Below the pieces are notes generated by a model. The model worked only from the letters and a program-made list of their open reading frames with translations, did no database searches and was not told the DNA's origin. This document shows positions 9,059-18,040 of a stretch of DNA of 64,000 nucleotides, one piece after another. Both the position numbers and the translations under genes were made by a program. Each line of letters begins with the position of its first letter. The first letter of the stretch is position 1. The stretch lies in sequence record MH719082.1; one strand, given 5' to 3'. The DNA comes from Escherichia phage vB_EcoM_IME392.

Positions 9059-9832
9059 TTAGCGATTCTCAGGTTCTACGTATTCCAGGCCCAGCAGCTG
9101 ATACAGTTCTTCCTCAGAGGAATTAGTATCCACACGCTCACCAGTCTCTACATTAAACAGGCCGTACTCATTAAGAGTCATGCCCATACGCTTAGCCACC
9201 GAACGCATGTGTACGTTATTCTGCATTGATCCTGTGGAGTGAAGTAAGCATGCATTCCAGGATTCTTCTGGACATATCTTGATATCGAACTCCAGACCAG
9301 TAGCGCAGTGTACGAAGCGGATCTTTTTATCCCCACCATAAACTTCTTCCATACCGGTAAGACGGAAGGCATGGCGAACCACTTCTGGAGGGTAAGTAGT
9401 GATCAGATCAACATCGCGAATCCACATCTTACCGCGACGTACTGAACCAGCAGTAGAGATCCGACCAGCAGATCCTTCAGCTAATCCTAACTTAGCCACT
9501 TCCATAAGGTAGGATTCTATGATATCCTTAAACTCGGTAGAGTAGGCAACACGCCCTTCTGGGACTTTAGACATAAGTTCAATGAACTTAGGAGTCATGG
9601 TACCATACTTGGCGAATGCTTCTAACTCGCTAGCAATCCCAGCACCGATCCATGGGATTGTAGTGAAGTTCATCTGGGAAGTTACACCATACGGGTAATC
9701 ATCCAGGGAACGGGCTGCACGATCATACGCCCGAACATGCCACATCGAGTCACCATGAGCTTTCTTAAGCTCGGCTATTTGGCGAAGGTGGCGAACAGCA
9801 TCAATACGGAAGGTCATCCTAACAGGCTCCAA
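9059..9832 (-). CDS. DNA polymerase beta-like (family X) nucleotidyltransferase
   Basis: GSVRRGKMWIRDVDLI matches Pol beta GSFRRG...DMDVLL catalytic motif. Confidence 0.6.
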   Translation of the reverse strand: MEPVRMTFRIDAVRHLRQIAELKKAHGDSMWHVRAYDRAARSLDDYPYGVTSQMNFTTIPWIGAGIASELEAFAKYGTMTPKFIELMSKVPEGRVAYSTEFKDIIESYLMEVAKLGLAEGSAGRISTAGSVRRGKMWIRDVDLITTYPPEVVRHAFRLTGMEEVYGGDKKIRFVHCATGLEFDIKICPEESWNACLLHSTGSMQNNVHMRSVAKRMGMTLNEYGLFNVETGERVDTNSSEEELYQLLGLEYVEPENR

Positions 9833-9982
9833 AACAGAGTTCTAAAAGTGGCGAATCCGCTGATAATGATGGTGGCCAACACCACCATCCAGAAATACTT
9901 TTTAGGGATATTCCAGACCAGACGACGAATCACCGTGTGCATTGCTGTGGTGAGTAATTGATCAAGAGTCGGAATTTTCATT

Positions 9983-10354
9983 TTATCGTACCTGAACTTG
10001 CTCGAGACCCACAATTCCTTCCAGGCTAGGAAGGAGCATCGACATCAGCTTGATATAACGAGCTGTGTCGCCTTCGCTAAGATCAACACACCAGAGATTC
10101 GGAGAACCGAAGATGCCTGGCCACTTAGGAGTGCGAGGACCGTATGTAACCATCAGGCCAGTATTAGCTTTTGAGGCTTCGTGGATTTTAGCCTTCCACT
10201 CATCGTAGACTTCTGGGTTAGCTTTAGGATCCATCACGAAATAGGCGAGGCAGTGACTTCCCTCCAGATAAGTGGAGTTAGACAGCATTGTACGCTCACC
10301 AGGCTGGTAAGAATCAACACGACAAACGGTAACGTCTTTTTCTAAGTTAGTCAT
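9983..10354 (-). CDS. hypothetical protein
   Basis: ORF track; AAGGAA RBS. Confidence 0.5.
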   Translation of the reverse strand: MTNLEKDVTVCRVDSYQPGERTMLSNSTYLEGSHCLAYFVMDPKANPEVYDEWKAKIHEASKANTGLMVTYGPRTPKWPGIFGSPNLWCVDLSEGDTARYIKLMSMLLPSLEGIVGLEQVQVR

Positions 10355-10365
10355 GATAGGGTTCC

Positions 10366-10473
10366 TTATGCGAAGTGGAAGATAGAAATAACAGCAGCCC
10401 AGAATGCAAAGCTCACGCCAAATACCAGAGCCCAGCTGTAACGATCTACGAAGCGGATGAGTTTAGTTGACAT
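10366..10473 (-). CDS. small hydrophobic peptide (35 aa, one predicted TM helix)
   Basis: ATG at 10473 with GGAG RBS; MSTKLIRFVDRYSWALVFGVSFAFWAAVISIFHFA; not in ORF track (short). Confidence 0.35.
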   Translation of the reverse strand: MSTKLIRFVDRYSWALVFGVSFAFWAAVISIFHFA

Positions 10474-10511
10474 TATTTTCTCCAAAATTAGATTATACTA
10501 AGTTAGTGGAC

Positions 10512-10586
10512 TGGGGCCGCCGGAGGCCGCCCCACCCAAAAGAACGGGCTTTAAACCCGTTCATAATTCGTTTATTTGAAAAATAA
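10512..10586 (-). repeat. composite conserved intergenic element, family B, copy 1
   Basis: GC-rich hairpin + CACCCAAAAGAACGGGCTTTA + spacer + CGTTTATTTGAAAAATAA. Confidence 0.5.
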
Positions 10587-10588
10587 TT

Positions 10589-10831
10589 TTACCACTGCTC
10601 GATAGACTTCTCTACTGCTTGTGGAAAGAGAGTCTTAGCCTTTTCCATAGCCATCTGGGATGGACCACTATGGTCCCAGTTAGGCAGCAAGTGCATCTCA
10701 GTAGGCTTAGGGAACAGACCGCGCAGCTTATTAACGCAGCTGGCGTAGACAGCATCAGAGCGAGTAAGGTGCTGGGAGCGGATATAATCGTTATACTGCC
10801 GTTGATCTTTGGCGAATACCAGAATGGCCAT
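10589..10831 (-). CDS. hypothetical protein
   Basis: ORF track. Confidence 0.45.
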   Translation of the reverse strand: MAILVFAKDQRQYNDYIRSQHLTRSDAVYASCVNKLRGLFPKPTEMHLLPNWDHSGPSQMAMEKAKTLFPQAVEKSIEQW

Positions 10832-11286
10832 TATTTATAATCCCTAATTAATTTTAAGATATCTTCGTTTAATACAGATGCGAGGTTAGGCTTATCTTCC
10901 AGAATACGTTTAGCATTCAGGATCTCAGACTTCCTCTTAGATAGAGGCTTATCCCGATTAATGAGATAAGCCAATTTCTCCTGGGTATCGACTAAGATAC
11001 CAGTAAGAGTCGGATGGAACCACTTAACCTGCTTGTCATAAGCATCCTGTTCAGTAGTTCCGTGGAAGAGTAATCCTTCGCTCACCAGCTTCAGACAGGT
11101 AGAGATGTTTGCCATGTTCACAGAATTATTATCTGTGCGGCATTCATAACCACCATTCTCTACAGCTGTATGCAGGATCTTGGTTCTGTCCATTAATTTA
11201 AAAGCCATCAGCGAACCTATAGATTCCGATTTCAGATTTATCCTGGTCAGATAAGTGACCCTGACGGTACATAACCAATCCATCAC
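10831..11286 (-). CDS. hypothetical protein
   Basis: ORF track; true start may be internal. Confidence 0.45.
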   Translation of the reverse strand: MMDWLCTVRVTYLTRINLKSESIGSLMAFKLMDRTKILHTAVENGGYECRTDNNSVNMANISTCLKLVSEGLLFHGTTEQDAYDKQVKWFHPTLTGILVDTQEKLAYLINRDKPLSKRKSEILNAKRILEDKPNLASVLNEDILKLIRDYK

Positions 11287-11358
11287 GAGTCCGGATTATG
11301 TCATCTGGGCAGATAGGCTTTAGCCTACTTATGACCATCAATGCTCTTACCCATTCCA

Positions 11359-11565
11359 TTAGCGGACCTTAGTTAAGTTGCCTCCGCTCACGTAAGGATG
11401 TTGTGAGCGGTAGACTGTTGAACTGAATTCCTGGGTAATAGACTTACATCCACTTCTATACCCAGGATCGTCAGGACTGCGAGGAGTATTCATGGCGGAG
11501 CCTTCCCGAATCATCTTCAGGAAGCGCTCCTCCTGCTCCTTAGTTTTAAAGAGCTTATATCCCAT
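11359..11565 (-). CDS. hypothetical protein (68 aa)
   Basis: Internal ATG at 11565 with GAGGT RBS. Confidence 0.4.
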   Translation of the reverse strand: MGYKLFKTKEQEERFLKMIREGSAMNTPRSPDDPGYRSGCKSITQEFSSTVYRSQHPYVSGGNLTKVR

Positions 11566-11572
11566 AATTACC

Positions 11573-11869
11573 TCAGAAGGAGATATGGACGTCGACAGGA
11601 TGCTTCGTAGCAGGAGTAGACTGCTCCACATCTGACAGTTTAGAGAACAGATCCTGGAGAGGAATGATCTCGCCTTCGACGAAGAGGTTATCCACGCTCT
11701 TGATTACTTTCGCCTTATTTTTATCCAGCACGATAAACGTCGTGGAGATAAAGTAGTCATGGTAGCGAGTATTCGGATGGAGATCGATATTAGTGATCTC
11801 TGCCAGATTCTTAGACTGGGCCGCACGCAGCAGGGCTCGGTGCTTAGACTTAATGATTACGGAAGGCAT
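11573..11869 (-). CDS. hypothetical protein
   Basis: ATG at 11869 with GGAG RBS. Confidence 0.45.
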   Translation of the reverse strand: MPSVIIKSKHRALLRAAQSKNLAEITNIDLHPNTRYHDYFISTTFIVLDKNKAKVIKSVDNLFVEGEIIPLQDLFSKLSDVEQSTPATKHPVDVHISF

Positions 11870-11871
11870 GG

Positions 11872-12252
11872 TTAGCTCCACATTAGATTTGTTGTTATCA
11901 GTGTATAGGTATGACTGATTGCAGCTAAGGCGGTCAGCATCTTCGACAATTTAACCAGGAACTTAATTTGATCCACAGCCAGATTCTCGTGTTGCTCATC
12001 AAGAAGAGCTGAGGTCCTTAAGGACAGACCCAGCAGATCTATAGGTTGAGCAACTCGCTCCGCTAAGCTTCCGCATAGACCATCTTCGGTTTCCACCTGA
12101 ATTAATTGGTCTACAATAGTGTTGTAGTGAATCGGGAGGAGGTCATCCTTGTTAATAGTGTCCCGTAACCCAACAAGACTCGTCGTTACGATCTTGACGT
12201 TATCTTCATCTACTACGTGGCCACCAACTACGGCTCTGAAGTATACAGACAT
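11872..12252 (-). CDS. hypothetical protein
   Basis: ORF track. Confidence 0.45.
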   Translation of the reverse strand: MSVYFRAVVGGHVVDEDNVKIVTTSLVGLRDTINKDDLLPIHYNTIVDQLIQVETEDGLCGSLAERVAQPIDLLGLSLRTSALLDEQHENLAVDQIKFLVKLSKMLTALAAISHTYTLITTNLMWS

Positions 12253-12261
12253 AGCGGCACC

Positions 12262-12573
12262 TTACTTATTCAGGTCGAGGAAGAAACGAGCACGATGGCT
12301 TAGAGAGTATAAATTGCACGGACGACCACCCTCTTCCGAGGCAGTAGTCGTTTTGATCAACCAGCCATCCTTCTCCAACTTATTACATACATAGTAGATG
12401 GATGTACGAGGGATTTGACCCAGTGATGCTTTGCTATCAGCAAAGACAGTTAACTCGTTGATCGTGGCTCCCGAAGCGGTTCCGGAGATATACCACAGAA
12501 TCATCGAGGAAGAATTAGATAGACGATACAGACGAGAGATAAGGAACAGTTTAGCGATATCGATGTTTTTCAT
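12262..12573 (-). CDS. putative winged-helix DNA-binding regulator
   Basis: Small protein with helix-turn-helix-like core; TATAAT and AGGAG upstream. Confidence 0.45.
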   Translation of the reverse strand: MKNIDIAKLFLISRLYRLSNSSSMILWYISGTASGATINELTVFADSKASLGQIPRTSIYYVCNKLEKDGWLIKTTTASEEGGRPCNLYSLSHRARFFLDLNK

Positions 12574-12604
12574 AATAACTCCTAACAGATTAGATTATAC
12601 TATA

Positions 12605-13018
12605 TTAACGGAAAGATTCGTTCGCAGCTACGGTGCATAGGGACGGAAGGATCAGATCATTAGCGTCACTGAGATCTTCCTTAGTCGCACCAGTTTTCTC
12701 TACGGATAGAGTTGTAACTACTTCTACCGGATCCAGATGAATCAGGGAGCGGATCACTGCTGGCTTACCATCAGACCCTATACCATTAAACTGGACGATT
12801 GCTGACTTATGCCCATGATCCATAACAGGCAGGACCATCGCTTCTTTAGCAGAGTACAACACTTCAGCAAGACTGTACTCTGGACACTCTTCCACATACG
12901 ACTTAGCCAAGAGTGCAGTAATGACATCAGCTTCCATAGCAGAAGCTACACGAGGATCTTTACCAGCATGGGCTGTGACTGATGCCAGAATCAAAGAAGC
13001 AGCAATTAATTTCTTCAT
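12605..13018 (-). CDS. secreted/periplasmic protein
   Basis: N-terminal signal peptide MKKLIAASLILASVTAHA. Confidence 0.55.
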   Translation of the reverse strand: MKKLIAASLILASVTAHAGKDPRVASAMEADVITALLAKSYVEECPEYSLAEVLYSAKEAMVLPVMDHGHKSAIVQFNGIGSDGKPAVIRSLIHLDPVEVVTTLSVEKTGATKEDLSDANDLILPSLCTVAANESFR

Positions 13019-13030
13019 TTTATCACCAAG

Positions 13031-13249
13031 TTATGCAATACGAGTTACGGAAAGTTCGGTTTTAACATCGCGTGTGTCAGCACGCATCGGCAGGTACTCT
13101 ATCTCCTGATAAGCAAGCTCCGGCTCCATAAATTTGTACCACGTCTGGAATTGCTCTATCAGCTTACGAGCACTCGGAGCATTACCCTGGATGGTGAAGG
13201 AGTGGACACCATTGACCTGGACAGCAAGACGGTAGCGGAGCTTGTTCAT
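13031..13249 (-). CDS. hypothetical protein (72 aa)
   Basis: Internal ATG at 13249 with AAGGGGA RBS. Confidence 0.4.
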   Translation of the reverse strand: MNKLRYRLAVQVNGVHSFTIQGNAPSARKLIEQFQTWYKFMEPELAYQEIEYLPMRADTRDVKTELSVTRIA

Positions 13250-13259
13250 GAGGATCCCC

Positions 13260-13634
13260 TTATTTTGCTTCTTTAGTGAAAGTCGGACGACGAACCATGA
13301 TTTCGCCATTCATACCAACCACGAACTGAGCAATACGGTGGCCATTCGAACCACCATCGTGGTGCTCGTAGCGGTAACCAACTTCGAACCATGCACCAGT
13401 CTTGTCATCCAGAGGGCCTCCGGAGATATGGATCCACATGGATTTGAACATCGGGATGTTCATCTGGCACATAACGTCCTCGGTAGAACCACTCACGTAA
13501 ACCTGACCACGTACTTCGCGGACTTCTGGAGTAGCCACCAAACCGGACATATTGATCATTGATTCTACTTCTGCCAGCATGTTCTCGAAAGCAGTTTTAG
13601 CGTCGAACTTTTGAATGAATTCTTGGTTAGTCAT
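13260..13634 (-). CDS. hypothetical protein (124 aa)
   Basis: ATG at 13634 with GGAG RBS; ORF-track start at 13748 runs through a terminator hairpin. Confidence 0.5.
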   Translation of the reverse strand: MTNQEFIQKFDAKTAFENMLAEVESMINMSGLVATPEVREVRGQVYVSGSTEDVMCQMNIPMFKSMWIHISGGPLDDKTGAWFEVGYRYEHHDGGSNGHRIAQFVVGMNGEIMVRRPTFTKEAK

Positions 13635-13666
13635 AATTAGCTCCAAATTATAAAGGGGAAGAATTA

Positions 13667-13684
13667 GGAGGACCGAAGTCCTCC
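13667..13684 (-). terminator. UUCG-tetraloop hairpin (terminator-like)
   Basis: GGAGGAC-UUCG-GUCCUCC followed by U-rich sequence. Confidence 0.5.
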
Positions 13685-13693
13685 AGATTGGAA

Positions 13694-13978
13694 TCAGAAC
13701 TGGACGTCTACTTCTTCGAAGATCGCTTCGAACAGACCATCCTCGCACTTAGCCACCACGGCACCGGTACCTGGGTCCAGCATCTCGACTGTATCAGAAC
13801 CGTCGGAAGCGAAGTGACTTTCTTCAGGAAACACTTCTGGACCAGTGTAAGCTTTGAAACCGATGATCTTTTCACCAACCGCACTTACCCAGTTGGAATT
13901 GTAGTTTACTGAAACACCCATGTAGTCAGTTACCAGAGTGTCATTTGCCAGAGCAGCGAGCAGTTGAGCGATTTTCAT
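13694..13978 (-). CDS. hypothetical protein (94 aa)
   Basis: ATG at 13978; ORF-track start at 14038 would overlap a conserved intergenic element. Confidence 0.45.
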   Translation of the reverse strand: MKIAQLLAALANDTLVTDYMGVSVNYNSNWVSAVGEKIIGFKAYTGPEVFPEESHFASDGSDTVEMLDPGTGAVVAKCEDGLFEAIFEEVDVQF

Positions 13979-14011
13979 AGTTTTATCCCAAATTAGACGA
14001 TTTGATGAACC

Positions 14012-14093
14012 GGGAAGCGCCTTGACGCCCCCGCCCACAAGAACGGGCTTTAGGACGGTTCAAAAATCGTTTATTTGAAAAATAAAACGTTTT
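14012..14093 (-). repeat. composite conserved intergenic element, family B, copy 2
   Basis: Same core CCCACAAGAACGGGCTTTA...AAAAATCGTTTATTTGAAAAATAA. Confidence 0.5.
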
Positions 14094-14442
14094 ATTTTTC
14101 GTGTCGAACGATGGTATCAATACAGTCCATATCCATGATAACGAAGATTACAGACTCCCCATTATCTTCCACTACCTTAAGCACCTGCCATCCTTGCTCC
14201 ATAAAGACTTCTCTCATAGCGGCAAGATCTCGCACATGCATAAGCTCGGTAACTGTAATCACTCTGGGACGAATGAACTTCTTCAGAGTTATCTCGTAAA
14301 GATAGGTCCCATAGTTCTTGTAGAGATTATCTACATTACAGGTATACAGACCTAACTCGGGACCCCACCCCTGCGATAAGGTCTGGATGAGCTCATAACT
14401 AGGCCAATCCCATTTATGCTTACTACGATGATACAGAATCAT
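14092..14442 (-). CDS. hypothetical protein
   Basis: ORF track. Confidence 0.45.
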   Translation of the reverse strand: MILYHRSKHKWDWPSYELIQTLSQGWGPELGLYTCNVDNLYKNYGTYLYEITLKKFIRPRVITVTELMHVRDLAAMREVFMEQGWQVLKVVEDNGESVIFVIMDMDCIDTIVRHEK

Positions 14443-14728
14443 TAGCTACCACCTTATGATAAAATCTTCCGGTAGTGTGGATTACAGTAGCTATGTACTT
14501 AGCGTCCACTTCAGTGCCTAGCAGATTAGATACCGCCTTAATTACAGTTGCTGCTGGGTGTTTATGGTTAATTACCACATCCAGCATCTTACGATCGGCA
14601 GATGGGAAGAACTTCTTATTCCGACGAGCAATATTCTTAACCACCATGTTGGGATCATCGGATGTGTAACCAGCTATGGCCATGGTGGTCAGTAAGTCAA
14701 AGAATTCGACTGGTTTAGTGGACTTCAT
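14423..14728 (-). CDS. hypothetical protein
   Basis: ORF track. Confidence 0.45.
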   Translation of the reverse strand: MKSTKPVEFFDLLTTMAIAGYTSDDPNMVVKNIARRNKKFFPSADRKMLDVVINHKHPAATVIKAVSNLLGTEVDAKYIATVIHTTGRFYHKVVANDSVSS

Positions 14729-14783
14729 ATCGTACCTTAACGAGTAAATAAAAATAGGCTGTTAACCGAGGGCGCTCCCCAAG

Positions 14784-14813
14784 TTAACAGCCTTTGGACC
14801 GTATTAAACGGCG
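14784..14813 (-). promoter_or_regulatory. 31-bp conserved intergenic motif (variant)
   Basis: TTAACAGCCTTTGG...AAACGGCGG; additional upstream inverted copy GGCTGTTAAC forming 10-bp stem. Confidence 0.45.
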
Positions 14814-15148
14814 GCAGTCAGGAAGTTACTGGAGATCAGGAAATCATCCAGAGCTACTTCTGTATTCTTAGGAGTATTGTCTAACTCCCATTCACCTACT
14901 CCCAAACGGATCTTAGCCACGCCAGGAGCAATCTCTTCAATAGCTAGCTTAGAGCCACCGATTATCTGGAGGCGAAGAGCATTTACAGCTACTGCATACC
15001 CAGAGAACGCAGTCTCTACCTGGTGACGGAACTCCTGGTCGGAATTAACCTTAGCAGCGTAAGCAGCAGGTTCCATACCCAGTTGCTTAGCATACATCAG
15101 ATGAAACATGTCCAGGTTAATTTTGTTACCAGTAGTCTTCTTAGTCAT
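14804..15148 (-). CDS. hypothetical protein
   Basis: ORF track. Confidence 0.45.
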   Translation of the reverse strand: MTKKTTGNKINLDMFHLMYAKQLGMEPAAYAAKVNSDQEFRHQVETAFSGYAVAVNALRLQIIGGSKLAIEEIAPGVAKIRLGVGEWELDNTPKNTEVALDDFLISSNFLTAAV

Positions 15149-15665
15149 TCTTGATTTCCTCAGCAGTTACGCCAGTGATGTTTAAATACAGATCGGTAGG
15201 TAATTCTGGTAGGGTAGAGACATCCAGATTCTCTACGTCCTTAGCCAGAGTTATGTGAGGAGAGTATTCCGCACTGATCTCAGACGGCACCTCTCCAGAG
15301 GCACGGAGTCGATAGTTAAACGACTGTAGCAGATCGCTATCGAACGCCAGCACCAGGTAGTTAGCATTCTCACCAAAGATCTCATAGCGAGGATTCTTCA
15401 GATGAAGTTTGCTACCCACCAGATCAGCAATAGTTCCCTCATCCGGAGCACCAGTCCCCGGAGCATACATAAGGGTGCAGTGGTTATCGTGACCGGTATC
15501 GAAGTTAAGCTTATCATAATCAGCTACTTCGGAGATAACCTGCTTAAGATTATCTATCCAGGCATCAGAGTCTGGACAGAATTTTACCGAGGAGTAACCC
15601 TCGTCCACGGACTGTACAAGTCCTAACACTACTTCAGCTTTATTCATTTTTATCACCATGGCCAT
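15141..15665 (-). CDS. 2H phosphoesterase superfamily protein (LigT-like)
   Basis: Two H-x-T-x motifs (HCTLMY, HITLAK) with spacing typical of 2H phosphoesterases. Confidence 0.5.
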   Translation of the reverse strand: MAMVIKMNKAEVVLGLVQSVDEGYSSVKFCPDSDAWIDNLKQVISEVADYDKLNFDTGHDNHCTLMYAPGTGAPDEGTIADLVGSKLHLKNPRYEIFGENANYLVLAFDSDLLQSFNYRLRASGEVPSEISAEYSPHITLAKDVENLDVSTLPELPTDLYLNITGVTAEEIKND

Positions 15666-15952
15666 GGTAGTTTATTTTCGGGCTCCTGCCTATAGTAGGA
15701 GCATTTGATACCCAACGATTCCACAATACTTACAGGAATCTTATCAGTTACTTCAGAGTCTTGATAGATTGGTCCGAATACTGATACGTTTGGATCTTGC
15801 AACAGTTCAGATACTAATCCGGCTTCTTCATAAGTATCGAAGAATGCTGCGGTAGTATCCGGATTACAGCCGAGACCGGTCCATGAGGTGTAAAACTCGT
15901 TTACTCCACAGAGAGCACCGTGCTCCTTATGCACCACTAAAAATCCCAGCAT
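15653..15952 (-). CDS. hypothetical protein
   Basis: ORF track. Confidence 0.4.
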   Translation of the reverse strand: MLGFLVVHKEHGALCGVNEFYTSWTGLGCNPDTTAAFFDTYEEAGLVSELLQDPNVSVFGPIYQDSEVTDKIPVSIVESLGIKCSYYRQEPENKLPWPW

Positions 15953-16457
15953 CTGTGTATCCTTTAAGTTTATTTCTATACTTAACCATTTCCTGCTTAG
16001 CTATCTCATCGCAGAGATTATTTACTTTGTAGCGAGGATTATTGAACTTCTGATGACCTTTGACATGCTTAACCTTAATGGACTTAGGGTTAAGATCGCG
16101 AAGCATTTCCATATGCTTATCTATGAATTCCTTTAGTGCCCATTCGCAATCGCATTGGACGACTACTCTAACGCCATCGAACGCTGTCTTAGTCATGGCG
16201 AACCATAAGGTCTTCATGATCCCTTCTAGCTCTGCCCAGTTATTATCTGCAGCAGTAAATCCTCCGCGAGTTATATGAGCTCGCTGCTCACCAGGAAGAC
16301 GAATCCATCCTCCGAAGCCAGCAGCCTTACTCTTATGACAGTACGATGCATCTGAGAAGATTGTTATATACCCAGTAGGGTCCAGACCGCGTTCGGGAGT
16401 ACCCTCAAAGTGGATAACTCTACCAACATCTTTCTCACCGATAGCAGGTTTCTTCAT
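15927..16457 (-). CDS. RNase H (type 1-like)
   Basis: IFSDASY, WAELEGI and VKHVKGH...NNLCDEIAKQ blocks matching RNase HI catalytic DEDD arrangement. Confidence 0.7.
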   Translation of the reverse strand: MKKPAIGEKDVGRVIHFEGTPERGLDPTGYITIFSDASYCHKSKAAGFGGWIRLPGEQRAHITRGGFTAADNNWAELEGIMKTLWFAMTKTAFDGVRVVVQCDCEWALKEFIDKHMEMLRDLNPKSIKVKHVKGHQKFNNPRYKVNNLCDEIAKQEMVKYRNKLKGYTDAGIFSGA

Positions 16458-18025
16458 TACATATCCACCGTAGTTGCCTGGAATAAACCGACTACCATTT
16501 CATGGCTTGGTTTGACTACCGGACTATCGAAGTCGATAGAGCTATTGATGTTCTGGTTAACCATCATCAGGCTACGTACTTCCCAGCAAGCACGATCAGT
16601 CAGTACACGGTGAATTGCTGCGGTATCACCATCCACGTCCATGTTCTGACCACCCATAGCCATCGGAGGAACCTGAATCTCCTTACCCATGTGAGGTCTG
16701 ACCTTAAATCCCCATACTGAGTAACGGTGTAGGGATGGCGCACGGTTCATGAACACCGTAGCATTCTCACACAGTCTCCAGCATACTTCCAGAGCTACTC
16801 GGGACTTATTCTTGTACATACGCTGGACTTTATTGCTGATGTCGTACATGTTGTACCCTTCGTTAGTCGGGCCACCATATAAGTTCTCCAGCTCACCCAG
16901 GATGTCTGGCTGAAGTAATTCGTACATCATCTTGAACGGTACACCAAGAGTATCCAGCGGAAGATGAGGAGCCGAAGTAACTACAGAACGACCGGAGTAA
17001 TCAACGCGCTTACCTAACAGGTTACCACGGATTCGACCACCCTTACCTTTAAGGTTATTGATCATCGGCTTAATTAAATTACCTCGATAGTCCTTAGTAC
17101 CCTCCAGGATTAGTCCGTTAACCATCTTCTGCATTACAATAGATTCACGAGGAATCAGAGATAACAGCGCTTCGCTGGCCTCGGCAGTATCGCGAATACT
17201 TCTGATACGGATAGCATGGCGCAGGATTCGCAGGTAGAGTAAGTTAGTTGGATGATACGACATTACCCCATTACTGATACCAACATCACGATAGCTAGGA
17301 GGATTCACCAGCACCGTAGTGTTATAGAAGTCGCTGAACTCCGTATAACCACTATTGATTACTGTAGGATCTTCGCATTCTTCGATATAGGCTTTCATAT
17401 CAGCATGGTTAGCTACCAATGCCTGGATAAGGCTTAGGAGACCTAATTCAGATGACTCATGCTCGGACATACGGCGGATCTTGATCATTACTACTGCGAG
17501 GCGCTTCGTGCTATCCTGAACTGGGATAGTGTTAGAGTAGAACATCGCATACTTCTCACGATCTTCATATTCCGGAAGAGCAGCATTAGCCTCACGAACC
17601 CGCTCCCGATCATCGCCAACCATCTTAGCTGCCAAACCAGCTTCCTGGACTACGAAGCGGTATTTACCGATAAGGAACTGACCGAACTCTCGCTCTGGAA
17701 ACCCGAATAACGCAGCCATGCGTTTGATAGCTAATGGATTCACATAAGGAACGATCGTCTCGATGTGACCCATACGGCGGCGACGAGATTCACGATGCAT
17801 CGCTACCATACCGCATACATTACACGGAGGCGCTCCCATAACCATCTGGTTACCACACTCACACTTACCAGTTACCAGAGGTCCGAAGATACGCTGGCAG
17901 AATAACCCACCAGTGAATGGCTTAGGATCATGGAACTTAAGGTTATACATGCCCATACTGGTTACTTCACCACTGGACTCGGCACGGATTACAGCATCAG
18001 TTGCAATAGATAACTTTAATTTCAT
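16457..18025 (-). CDS. multisubunit RNA polymerase beta-prime subunit, N-terminal portion
   Basis: GLFCQRIFGP...CECG zinc motif, RRRRMGHIE, NLLGKRVDYSGRSVV, NRAPSLHR and NMDVDGD (variant of NADFDGD) in canonical order. Confidence 0.85.
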   Translation of the reverse strand: MKLKLSIATDAVIRAESSGEVTSMGMYNLKFHDPKPFTGGLFCQRIFGPLVTGKCECGNQMVMGAPPCNVCGMVAMHRESRRRRMGHIETIVPYVNPLAIKRMAALFGFPEREFGQFLIGKYRFVVQEAGLAAKMVGDDRERVREANAALPEYEDREKYAMFYSNTIPVQDSTKRLAVVMIKIRRMSEHESSELGLLSLIQALVANHADMKAYIEECEDPTVINSGYTEFSDFYNTTVLVNPPSYRDVGISNGVMSYHPTNLLYLRILRHAIRIRSIRDTAEASEALLSLIPRESIVMQKMVNGLILEGTKDYRGNLIKPMINNLKGKGGRIRGNLLGKRVDYSGRSVVTSAPHLPLDTLGVPFKMMYELLQPDILGELENLYGGPTNEGYNMYDISNKVQRMYKNKSRVALEVCWRLCENATVFMNRAPSLHRYSVWGFKVRPHMGKEIQVPPMAMGGQNMDVDGDTAAIHRVLTDRACWEVRSLMMVNQNINSSIDFDSPVVKPSHEMVVGLFQATTVDM

Positions 18026-18040
18026 TTTAATTTCTCCTAA

